Positions 49,827 to 57,744 of a stretch of DNA of 64,000 nt are shown here, in pieces. The position numbers were made by a program, and so were the translations under genes. Position 1 is the stretch's first letter. Each line of letters begins with the position of its first letter. This stretch comes from a virus (taxonomy: Duplodnaviria > Caudoviricetes), in the IMG/VR virus record IMGVR_UViG_3300047509_000221, positions 1,949 to 65,948 of that record; one strand, written 5' to 3'. The notes beneath the pieces are model-generated. The model had not been told where the DNA came from. It did not search any database and worked only from the letters and a program-made list of their open reading frames with translations.

Positions 49827-50656
49827 CTGACATGCGCTACATGGCCCGGCTCCGCGACGTCGTGGACGACGCTGTCGGACTGATCGAGGACAAGAGCCAG
49901 ACATACAAGGATAGCTGGAAGCGCCGGGGCGGCGCTGGTGCCTGGTTCACTGTCGTCCGTCCCTGGGACCGGCTGGAGACAATCGTCGCCCGGCACGGCG
50001 GAGACATCTTCGCTGCGATAGCAGCCGACCCGTTCGGCGCAGACGGCTCGGCCCTGGCCTGCGTCCGCGACGTCATGAACTACATGATTCTGACCGAGGC
50101 CGAATGCCGCACCAGCCACGGCGTCGGGCCGCACGGGCCCGAGAGACCCATGCCAATCAAGACCATCGAAGAGGTCAGAGTCGAGCTGGGCCTCCTCTAC
50201 TGCGACCACTGCGGCGAGCCCAGGGACCACATCTGCGTCAGCACCATGGGACACTTCTTCTGCGGCCGTGTCTGCGCCGAGCAGTACGTGGACGAGCAGA
50301 ACAAGAAGTGTCTCCAGGTCTTTCCCACCTTCGTCCCCGGCACCCCGGAGGACGGCGGACACCACGCCGCGCACTGCGAAGAGTGTGACTGCGCTCCCGG
50401 CCACCCGCACGAGCGGTTCTGCTCTAAGGCCCCCCCAGCCTGGACACACACCAGAGTCGCTGGAGAGGTCACACAGGACAGCGACGAGACGGCGAGTACC
50501 GGCCCCTCGCCGCGTCGTGCCACTATTCCAGTGACCCTCGGAGGCTTCGGAGACGACAGACGCGACGAGTTCGCCAGAGTAGTCAGGGAGACGGCGGCTC
50601 TCCTCGGCCTCGAGATGACTGTCTCGTGGGACAAGACTGAGTTCACACTGAGCTGA
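49823..50656 (+). CDS. nucleotide-modification-associated protein (MazG-like N-terminus) with Zn-binding C-terminus
   Basis: K...YKDSWKRRGG.GAW...WDRL...RD..NY; several CxxC motifs. Confidence 0.6.
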   Translation: MTDMRYMARLRDVVDDAVGLIEDKSQTYKDSWKRRGGAGAWFTVVRPWDRLETIVARHGGDIFAAIAADPFGADGSALACVRDVMNYMILTEAECRTSHGVGPHGPERPMPIKTIEEVRVELGLLYCDHCGEPRDHICVSTMGHFFCGRVCAEQYVDEQNKKCLQVFPTFVPGTPEDGGHHAAHCEECDCAPGHPHERFCSKAPPAWTHTRVAGEVTQDSDETASTGPSPRRATIPVTLGGFGDDRRDEFARVVRETAALLGLEMTVSWDKTEFTLS

Positions 50657-52695
50657 TGTCACGCACCCAGCCAAGTTTCGACCAGACGGACATGTTCCCT
50701 CCGGTCTCTGACTGGGTGGCACCGACGAGCCTGCCAGTGGTACCTGACGGCACACTCGTGGCGATCGACACCGAGACCTGCGACCGGGGCCTCCAGCGCG
50801 GTCAGGCCCCCAGCTGGGTGAACCAGGACGGCTGGCTCTGCGGTGTCAGCTGGGCATGGGCGGGGGGAGACGGCTATGCCCCAATCAGGCATCCGGACAC
50901 GCCGGGCTGCTTCGACCCAGACGTCGTCGGAGCGTGGCTCACTGACCTCTCCCGGCGCTGCCGAGTGGTCTTCCAGAACGGCCCGTACGACATGGGATGG
51001 ACCGGTGTGCGGCCCGACCAGCCCGACGACGTCCACACGATGGCCGTCCTGCTCGACGAGAACCGGACCTACTACAACCTGGACGCCCTCTGCGAGTGGC
51101 AGGGCATCCCGGGCAAGGACGAGACCCTGCTGCGAGAGGCCGTGATCGCCTGCGGGGGCAATCCGAAGCGCGTCAAGGAGCACATACATCAGCTGGCCGG
51201 GCGGTACGTCGGTCCCTATGCCACGCAGGACGCCGTGTCGACTCTTATGCTGGCCGAGAGATTTCTGCCGCAGCTCGAGGCCAATGGCCTCGTTGAGGCA
51301 TACGAGCTAGAGTGTGCGCTGACCCCGCACGTACTCGAGATGCGGCGGCGCGGCATACCGATCAACGTCGACCGGGCCGAGCAGAATCAGCAGCGGCTGA
51401 GGCAGCTTGCTGTGCAGGAACTTGCGGCCCTGACAGACATCCTCGGCCTGCGCCGAGGCGTCACCATCGAGAATGTCCGATCGCCCATCTGGCTCGAGCA
51501 CACGTTCACCGAGCTCGGCGTTCCCTTCCCCCGTACAGCCAAGACGCGGCAGGGCAGCTTTGAGAAGGAGTGGTTGGAGAGATGTGCCCACCCTGCGGCC
51601 AGGCACATAGCCCAGGCACGGGCGCTGCACGACGGGGCCGAGAAGTTCATCGGCACCTACATCATGGAGCACCTGGACCGGGGTCGCATCCACGCGGAGA
51701 TTCACCAGCTGCGCTCGGAGGAGGGCGGGACGCGGACGTTCCGGTTCTCGTACAGCAATCCCCCTCTCCAGCAGATGAACAGGGCGGAGCCGGACCGCAC
51801 CAATCCCGACCACCGCGACTACACGCCAGGCTTCATCGACATCGGGACGATGATCAGGGAGTGCTTCGTGCCGGAGGACGGCTGCGTCTGGTCAGCACCA
51901 GACTACAGCCAGCAGGAGTATCGGCTCATCGTCCACTACTCGGCTCGGCTGGGACTGAAGAAGGCCGACGAGGCCGTGACCTACTACCAGGAGCACGAGG
52001 ACGCGGACTTCCACAATCTCGTCGTTGAGATGACTGGCCTGCGCCGCAAGCGCGCCAAGGACTGCAACTTCGCCAAGGCGTTCGGCGCGGGCATCCCCAA
52101 GTTCGCCCTGATGACCGGCATGTCCCTGGAAGAGGCCGCTGAGACCATGGGCACGTACGACGAGAAGCTGCCCTTCGTCGCCCAGCTGGGCGACCGCTGC
52201 AAGGTGATGGCTGACCGCAAGGGATACGTCCGCCTCCTGGACGGCAGGAGAAGGCGCTTCGACCAGTGGGAGGCGTCCTGGATACCGAAGGAGGAGTGGG
52301 AGGAGGGCCGCCTCGCCGGGCACATGATGACGCCCTGCAGTCTCGAGGAGGCCCACAAGCGACAGGCCATCCAGGATCACCCGTGGCGGGGCAAGCGCCT
52401 GCGCCGGGCGGACACCCGCAAGGCGGGCAACTCAATAATCCAGGGCGGTGCAGCTGTCCAGACAAAGAAGGCGCTTCTGCAGTGTGCCCGGGAGGGACTG
52501 CTCCCCATTCTGCAGATGCACGACGAGCTGTGCTTCTCGTCCTCCTCGCAGAGGGAGGCTGACAGGCCGGCAGAGATCATGAGGGACGTGGTGCCGCTCC
52601 TGGTTCCCGTCCGCGTGGACAACGTGCACGGCCCAGACTGGGGCCGAGCCAAGTACATGTACGAGGAGGCACAAAAAATGAGGGCCGCCCGCTAG
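50656..52695 (+). CDS. polA: family A DNA polymerase with 3'-5' exonuclease
   Basis: AIDTET, RFSYSNPPLQQ, DYSQQEYR (motif A), RAKDCNFAKAFG (motif B), QMHDEL (motif C). Confidence 0.95.
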   Translation: MSRTQPSFDQTDMFPPVSDWVAPTSLPVVPDGTLVAIDTETCDRGLQRGQAPSWVNQDGWLCGVSWAWAGGDGYAPIRHPDTPGCFDPDVVGAWLTDLSRRCRVVFQNGPYDMGWTGVRPDQPDDVHTMAVLLDENRTYYNLDALCEWQGIPGKDETLLREAVIACGGNPKRVKEHIHQLAGRYVGPYATQDAVSTLMLAERFLPQLEANGLVEAYELECALTPHVLEMRRRGIPINVDRAEQNQQRLRQLAVQELAALTDILGLRRGVTIENVRSPIWLEHTFTELGVPFPRTAKTRQGSFEKEWLERCAHPAARHIAQARALHDGAEKFIGTYIMEHLDRGRIHAEIHQLRSEEGGTRTFRFSYSNPPLQQMNRAEPDRTNPDHRDYTPGFIDIGTMIRECFVPEDGCVWSAPDYSQQEYRLIVHYSARLGLKKADEAVTYYQEHEDADFHNLVVEMTGLRRKRAKDCNFAKAFGAGIPKFALMTGMSLEEAAETMGTYDEKLPFVAQLGDRCKVMADRKGYVRLLDGRRRRFDQWEASWIPKEEWEEGRLAGHMMTPCSLEEAHKRQAIQDHPWRGKRLRRADTRKAGNSIIQGGAAVQTKKALLQCAREGLLPILQMHDELCFSSSSQREADRPAEIMRDVVPLLVPVRVDNVHGPDWGRAKYMYEEAQKMRAAR

Positions 52696-52727
52696 GGCGA
52701 CCCTCGCGTAGGAGTGGTGGTGTGTGG

Positions 52728-53162
52728 TCAGGCCAGCTTGATGAAGCCGTGGGCGGTGTCCCACGTGATGTCGCGGATGGCCTTGCGCCGCCCGCCGCCG
52801 ATCTTGCTGGCGGCCTCGACGTACTGGCCGACAGTCATCCCGGTCTTGTAGAGCCCGAACCGCCGTGCGGACTTGGAGCCCTTGGCCTTTGGGTTGCTGT
52901 CGGCGACCACGGTGATCGTGCGGTCGTCGCCCTCGCGGGCGCGGCGCACCGGGGCGAGGGTCCCGACCGGGCCGACGGTCACGGTCGCGCCGTCATCGTC
53001 GACGGTGAAGTCGTACCCCTTCGCCTCGAGCGCCGTCAGTGTGCGCTTGACGGCGGTGGAGTGGTCACTGAACTTGCTGACCTGACGGTCGGCGACGTTA
53101 TTGTACACAGCCGCCAGCTGAACATTGGTGAGTGCGTTGAGGCGGGTCTCGATCTTCGGCAT
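52728..53162 (-). CDS. hypothetical protein with C-terminal NPK..RF.LY..GMT domain (paralogue 3)
   Basis: NPKAKGSKSARRFGLYKTGMT...DITWDTAHGFI; own predicted promoter TTTACA-N17-TATGAG. Confidence 0.75.
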   Translation of the reverse strand: MPKIETRLNALTNVQLAAVYNNVADRQVSKFSDHSTAVKRTLTALEAKGYDFTVDDDGATVTVGPVGTLAPVRRAREGDDRTITVVADSNPKAKGSKSARRFGLYKTGMTVGQYVEAASKIGGGRRKAIRDITWDTAHGFIKLA

Positions 53163-53434
53163 ATCGGCTCTCCTTGGCAGTATGCTGTACCGGCTCATAC
53201 ACCTCATGAGCCAGAATGTAAAGCACCATGAGCGACGGCGTCACCGAGAGAGTCCTTCGCATCGGCGGAGAGAGGCGCTGGCGCGGGAGAGAGGCGGAGC
53301 CCGGCGCTCGCTCCTGCTCAAGTGGGTTGTCCAGCTCAGGGAAGCGGCAGACTCTCTGGAGAGGAGCGCACGTGGTCACTAGCCCATCGGTCGCTCTGCA
53401 CGGTACAGTGGCCCGGACCACCGGGGGCGGGGCC

Positions 53435-54139
53435 ATGAGAATACTGCACGTCGACCACTGCGATGATCGATATCTGGAGATGGTACTCACGTGCCGGAAC
53501 CACGAGCTCGTCGTCCACTACGCCGAGGACGGGGACGAGGCCATCAGCATTCTGGTCCGCGACCCCTACGAGGTGGCCATTGTCGCGCCGGGTCTCCAAG
53601 ACTTCGAGGGCTGCGAACTCATCCGCCGTCTGCGGGCCTGCCGGGTCCACATCCCAATCATCCTCCTCGGCGACAGGACGACGCCCGAGTACCGAGCGCG
53701 GGCGCTCTGGGACGGGGCCGACGATGTGCTGGACCTGCCGTGGGCGCGAGACGAGATGGTCGCCCGCATCAAGAGCCTGGCCCGACGCTCCCACGGACAC
53801 AGCAGCGGCATCCTCAAGGTCGGCCCGCTGATCGTCGACCAGGAGCGCATGCGAGTACTCCGGGTCGGGGTCGGCGGCGGCATGCCCATCGCCATGACCG
53901 AGAAGGAGTACCTCCTCCTCGAGCTGCTGGCCATGCGGGCCGGGCGCGTCTGCACCAAGCAGCAGATCATGGACCACCTGTACGGTGGCCGCGACGAGCC
54001 CGAGGAGAAGATCATCGACGTCTTCGTCTGCAAGATCCGCCGCAAACTCGGGGAGCTGTCCTGGGTGATCGGCACAGTCTGGGGCAGAGGCTATCTCCTC
54101 CGCACCGACCAGCCCTCCCCCGCCTATGTCGCGGCCTGA
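53435..54139 (+). CDS. ctrA: CtrA-like response regulator with degenerate receiver domain
   Basis: HLYGGRDEPEEKIIDVFVCKIRRKL...TVWGRGY closely matches the CtrA DNA-binding domain; protein ends in AA. Confidence 0.85.
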   Translation: MRILHVDHCDDRYLEMVLTCRNHELVVHYAEDGDEAISILVRDPYEVAIVAPGLQDFEGCELIRRLRACRVHIPIILLGDRTTPEYRARALWDGADDVLDLPWARDEMVARIKSLARRSHGHSSGILKVGPLIVDQERMRVLRVGVGGGMPIAMTEKEYLLLELLAMRAGRVCTKQQIMDHLYGGRDEPEEKIIDVFVCKIRRKLGELSWVIGTVWGRGYLLRTDQPSPAYVAA

Positions 54140-54587
54140 CGACGGCCTCCGACCGCTCTTCCACGGTCGGCTTCCTGACCTGCACTGGCAGGCCATCGAG
54201 CTCGGAGTGGTTGGGCGGGGGGTGCCCGACAGCAACTACTGCGGAGACGGGGCCGAGGGCTGGCTCGAGTTCAAGAGTACTGAGTCCCACAGTGTGGGGC
54301 TCAGGCCTGAGCAGGTGGGGTGGATACTGAGACGATGTCGCTCGGGCGGCAGGGTCTTCGTCGTGACCCGACGCCGGCACGACGGCGGACCCCTGCTGGG
54401 GCCTCCGTCGGACGAGCTGTGGATTCATGAGGGCTGGGATGCGGCAGTGCTGAAGGCGGAGGGTCTGAACGCGGCACCACCGGTCCTCCACCAGGAAGGA
54501 GGCCCCAGTCGCTGGGACTGGGGCCTCGTCAGGTCGGTACTTGTGGAGTGGGTACTCAGTCGGCGTGGTGGGCCTTCAGTGACCTGA
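54126..54587 (+). CDS. PD-(D/E)xK nuclease (VRR-NUC/resolvase-like)
   Basis: GVPD...WLEFK...LRPEQVGW...GGRVFV. Confidence 0.75.
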   Translation: MSRPDDGLRPLFHGRLPDLHWQAIELGVVGRGVPDSNYCGDGAEGWLEFKSTESHSVGLRPEQVGWILRRCRSGGRVFVVTRRRHDGGPLLGPPSDELWIHEGWDAAVLKAEGLNAAPPVLHQEGGPSRWDWGLVRSVLVEWVLSRRGGPSVT

Positions 54588-54936
54588 CCGTGTCGCGGTC
54601 GAGGGCGTACTCCTCAGGCTCGATGCGGCCCCTCCTAACATCCTCGGCCAGTCCGGCGAGGCTGTCGGCGAGGTGAATGCCGCCTGCGGTGTAGATGCCG
54701 TCAAGCGTCGGCTTGTCGTCGGGGAGCTCGGGGTCGATGTCCCACAGGAGATCACCGCGAACCGGACAGCAGGTCATGCTCTCCGGACCCTCGTACACCA
54801 CGAAGATGCCGAACCGACTGGCGCCACTGTCGCAGCACTGTGCGATGGCGTGGTGAACACCATCCTTGTGCTTGCCCCAGTACCCGAAGGCACTCGGGGT
54901 CTTCGCCAGATACACGCGCGTCTTCTCGCTAGTCAT
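54556..54936 (-). CDS. hypothetical protein
   Basis: GAGGAG RBS; predicted promoter TTTACT-N17-TACAAT at about 55002-55030. Confidence 0.6.
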   Translation of the reverse strand: MTSEKTRVYLAKTPSAFGYWGKHKDGVHHAIAQCCDSGASRFGIFVVYEGPESMTCCPVRGDLLWDIDPELPDDKPTLDGIYTAGGIHLADSLAGLAEDVRRGRIEPEEYALDRDTVRSLKAHHAD

Positions 54937-55053
54937 ACCAGTCTCCTCACGTTGTCAAAGAGCCGGTCACTCAGGTGACCGACGCCCTCGGCGGGCGTCC
55001 AATTGTACACCGGATGGGTCAAAAAGTAAAGTCACTTGATCCACGGCCGACGC

Positions 55054-55085
55054 AAAACGAGGCCCCGGTGGGAGCCGGGGCCTCG
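55054..55085 (-). terminator. rho-independent terminator
   Basis: 11-bp stem CGAGGCCCCGG/CCGGGGCCTCG followed by TTTT on the minus strand. Confidence 0.7.
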
Positions 55086-55108
55086 GTCTGGCGCGCGAAT
55101 GGGGCGGA

Positions 55109-55237
55109 CTAGCGCGTCTGGAGAGTGGCCTCCGACCGGGCGAAAGCAGCGTTGATCGAGTGGGCGATGGCCGACATGGCGGCGAGGGCGATGAGGACCC
55201 CGACAAGGGTCACGAGACAGTACTCGGCAGTGCGCAT
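55109..55237 (-). CDS. leaderless Flp-pilin-like peptide (42 aa)
   Basis: AGGAGG RBS; MRTAEYCLVTLVGVLIALAAMSAIAHSINAAFARSEATLQTR (translated by hand). Confidence 0.6.
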   Translation of the reverse strand: MRTAEYCLVTLVGVLIALAAMSAIAHSINAAFARSEATLQTR

Positions 55238-55248
55238 GATGTGGCCTC

Positions 55249-55338
55249 CTAGCTGGCGACGGCGGTGAAGAGGAAGATGAAGACGTAGAAGCCAGCCATG
55301 CCGGCGAGTACGATGAGGGCGGCGCGGGTCCGTGTCAC
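55249..55338 (-). CDS. 29-aa single-TM peptide
   Basis: AGGAGG RBS plus GTG; MTRTRAALIVLAGMAGFYVFIFLFTAVAS. Confidence 0.55.
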   Translation of the reverse strand: MTRTRAALIVLAGMAGFYVFIFLFTAVAS

Positions 55339-55348
55339 GTGATACCTC

Positions 55349-55576
55349 CTACCTTGTGCGTGCCTGGCGCACAAGGCGCTGGGCCATCTTGACGTTGTTC
55401 AGGAGCGAGCGGTGGTCGCTCGCGGAGCCGGGGACGGTGATGATGCCCCGGCGCTGGCCGCCCGCCTCGCTCCAGAGAACGCGCGGGTGGCGGCGGCTGC
55501 GGTCTATGCTGACGTCGCGGACGCCCATCTCACGGATGGCACTGGCGACTGCCTCGGCGATGTCTTGCTTGGCCAT
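55349..55576 (-). CDS. HicA-like (dsRBD-fold) small protein
   Basis: RRHPRV...ITVPGSASDHRSLLN; GAGGAG RBS and predicted promoter. Confidence 0.5.
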   Translation of the reverse strand: MAKQDIAEAVASAIREMGVRDVSIDRSRRHPRVLWSEAGGQRRGIITVPGSASDHRSLLNNVKMAQRLVRQARTR

Positions 55577-55683
55577 GACTGGGTCTCCTCGGCTGGTGAC
55601 CCAAGTCTTGTACGCCCATTGGCCCATGGTGTAAAGCGAATTGTTCAGTGGACCCCCGGCCCCGATCGGGGGTCCGGGTACGA

Positions 55684-55911
55684 CTACACGGTCTCGGTCT
55701 GGAGAACCTCCAGGCTGCGGCGAATGGGCACCTGCTCGATGTTCTGCTGGCCCTGCGCCTTGGACATCGCGTCCGTGCTGGTCTCGTAGAACAGCGTCTG
55801 GGCGCTCAGCGGCCCGAACACCACCTTGCCGGCGCTGCTCAGGTACGCCCAGTTGTCCGTGCCCTTCTGGCGCAGACCAATGACCGTGTCGCTGTGGTTC
55901 TTCTGCTGCAT
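55684..55911 (-). CDS. hypothetical protein
   Basis: GAGGAG RBS, promoter motif upstream, hairpin downstream. Confidence 0.55.
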   Translation of the reverse strand: MQQKNHSDTVIGLRQKGTDNWAYLSSAGKVVFGPLSAQTLFYETSTDAMSKAQGQQNIEQVPIRRSLEVLQTETV

Positions 55912-55979
55912 AGGTAGTCTCCTCTGAGGTCCCACCCCGACGGGCACCCTACGCCCGCGCGCCGTGGTCCGTAAAGGGC

Positions 55980-56198
55980 CTAGACGACGATGTCGACGAC
56001 CCTGGAGACGCGGACCACCTCTGCCTCGGGGTGGCTCCTGAGAATGATGGCGAGCTCCTCGTCGTCCTCCTCGAAGAACGTGGTGACGGGGGACATGGGA
56101 CCCCACTCGCAGAATTCGTCGTCGTGCGTCAGACGCATGAACATGTCGCTGTCGCGGCGACGGACGGCGGCTGCCGTGTCGACGTGTGTTCTCATCAC
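55980..56198 (-). CDS. hypothetical protein
   Basis: Acidic 72-aa ORF. Confidence 0.45.
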   Translation of the reverse strand: MMRTHVDTAAAVRRRDSDMFMRLTHDDEFCEWGPMSPVTTFFEEDDEELAIILRSHPEAEVVRVSRVVDIVV

Positions 56199-56283
56199 GC
56201 GGTGGGGACCCCAGTGGCCAGACCGGGGTCCCCCTCCGAGCGCTCCCCGATGGGGAGGGGGTGGGTTGTGGCGCCCGGAGTTC

Positions 56284-56568
56284 TCATCGCGCCCTCTCCC
56301 TCATCGGCGTCAGCGGAACCCAGCCGTCTCTCCAGCGGTAGTCCAGCCTGCCCTCGTACACGTCCCGCTGCTGCTCCTCGCTCATGTGGTCGCCGGGGCA
56401 GTCGTGCGGAAGAGTCCCCTCCGCGCCACCACAGCGCTCGCAGGCGTACAGGGTGCAGAGGTGACAGATGCCTGCAGCGCAGGACTCAGTGTCACCTGGA
56501 CACCGGACACGCTTGTGTCCGTGAAAGTGAAGGATGATGGCGGTCATCTCGATCTCCGACCCTAGCAT
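56284..56568 (-). CDS. Cys-rich hypothetical protein
   Basis: C..C...CERCGGAEGTLPHDCPG...LDY..GW. Confidence 0.6.
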   Translation of the reverse strand: MLGSEIEMTAIILHFHGHKRVRCPGDTESCAAGICHLCTLYACERCGGAEGTLPHDCPGDHMSEEQQRDVYEGRLDYRWRDGWVPLTPMRERAR

Positions 56569-56602
56569 ACCCGATGAAGACCCGGTGCGAAAGGGGGCCG
56601 TC

Positions 56603-57079
56603 TTAGGAGCCCTTGCGCAGGACGCGCTCAGCCACGGTCGGGGCCGTCTGGGGCGGGGCCTCCACGCGCTCTCTGGGCGTCGAGGCGAGGGTGGATATCG
56701 CCCCGAGAAGAGAGCGCTCGGCGTCCACCTGCCTCGTCGTCGACCCGCCGAGATTGTAGGACAGGTGCGTGAGCCTGCGACCCTGTCGCCTCGCCTTGCG
56801 GCCGATGCTGCGGCGGGCCTGCTCGCCTATTCTGGGCACTTCGGTAGACGTCATCTTGCGAATACCGAGGCCACGCACAGTCTCGAACCGCATCCCAGTC
56901 CGACGCTCAACGTGCCTCCGGGCCTGGATGAGGGAGTAGCTGCTGGCGTCTATGGGACACTTCGCGACGTCGGCCAGTAGGACGTAATCCGCGATGGCGT
57001 CCATTGACAACTCAGACAGCACCTGAGACAGGGCTGCTATCTCTCGCTGTCTGGTGGGGTTCTTCCTGAACTGGATCAT
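56603..57079 (-). CDS. putative winged-helix-like accessory protein of the RAMP/pentamer-array locus
   Basis: AGGAGAG RBS; basic protein; FETVRGLGIRK wing-like hairpin. Confidence 0.65.
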   Translation of the reverse strand: MIQFRKNPTRQREIAALSQVLSELSMDAIADYVLLADVAKCPIDASSYSLIQARRHVERRTGMRFETVRGLGIRKMTSTEVPRIGEQARRSIGRKARRQGRRLTHLSYNLGGSTTRQVDAERSLLGAISTLASTPRERVEAPPQTAPTVAERVLRKGS

Positions 57080-57097
57080 GATGGTCTCTCCTGATGT

Positions 57098-57167
57098 GCG
57101 TTGCGGTGTGGTGCGCGGTGCGGTACGGTGACGTGTGGCGCCGCGTCGCTACGCGAAGCGTAGCTTG
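57098..57167 (-). ncRNA. pentamer array D (14 units), putative guide RNA
   Basis: All 14 units start with G on + (gcgtt gcggt gtggt gcgcg gtgcg gtacg gtgac gtgtg gcgcc gcgtc gctac gcgaa gcgta gcttg). Confidence 0.7.
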
Positions 57168-57168
57168 C

Positions 57169-57720
57169 TCAATCCCACTTGAAATTGCTGACCTCGTATC
57201 TTCCGAAGTATCCCCCCCGCTCGGGACGGAAGCGTCCGACCCCGACGGCGAGCCCGGCATAGCGAACTGCCTCCTCGAACACGTCAGGAGTGATCTCGTC
57301 GGCCAGGACGTGGAACTGGACCACTCCGTCCCAGTCGTCGATGCGGGGGAAGGTGCGCCACACGCGCTTGCCGGAGCCGCGAACACCGTCGGCGTTGGCA
57401 TGAATGCGCTCGGGCTGAATTTCGTCCTCACTGGCAATTGGCACGTTCTTCGTGACAATGACGCCGCTCTCGAAGAACTTGGTGTAGGTGGACTTGCCCT
57501 TGCCGGGTATCTGACGCCCCAGCATCTTGGCGGCTCGGTCGACGCCCATCTTGAAGGCCATCGCAGGAACGACGACCATGCCATTCTCGATGTGGGCCTT
57601 CTGCCTCCAGGTGCGCTTCTCGTAGTCGTCGGGCGTCTCTCTGTTCAGCTTCTCGGCGCAGTGTGCGCGACTGGCACTGTACGGTGCCTGTCCGACAAAG
57701 GTAACGGTGCAAGTTCTCAT
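57169..57720 (-). CDS. stand-alone Cas7/RAMP-like protein
   Basis: N-terminal beta strand VTFVGQAP, VPAMAFK, and C-terminal Gly-rich loop AGLAVGVGRFRPERGGYFGRYEV typical of RAMPs. Confidence 0.7.
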   Translation of the reverse strand: MRTCTVTFVGQAPYSASRAHCAEKLNRETPDDYEKRTWRQKAHIENGMVVVPAMAFKMGVDRAAKMLGRQIPGKGKSTYTKFFESGVIVTKNVPIASEDEIQPERIHANADGVRGSGKRVWRTFPRIDDWDGVVQFHVLADEITPDVFEEAVRYAGLAVGVGRFRPERGGYFGRYEVSNFKWD

Positions 57721-57744
57721 GGCGGGTCTCCGGTTGGTTTATTG

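Noticed and set aside
55349-55576. Complete HicAB toxin-antitoxin module
   Set aside because: Only a weak HicA-like ORF; no HicB-like neighbour is recognisable.
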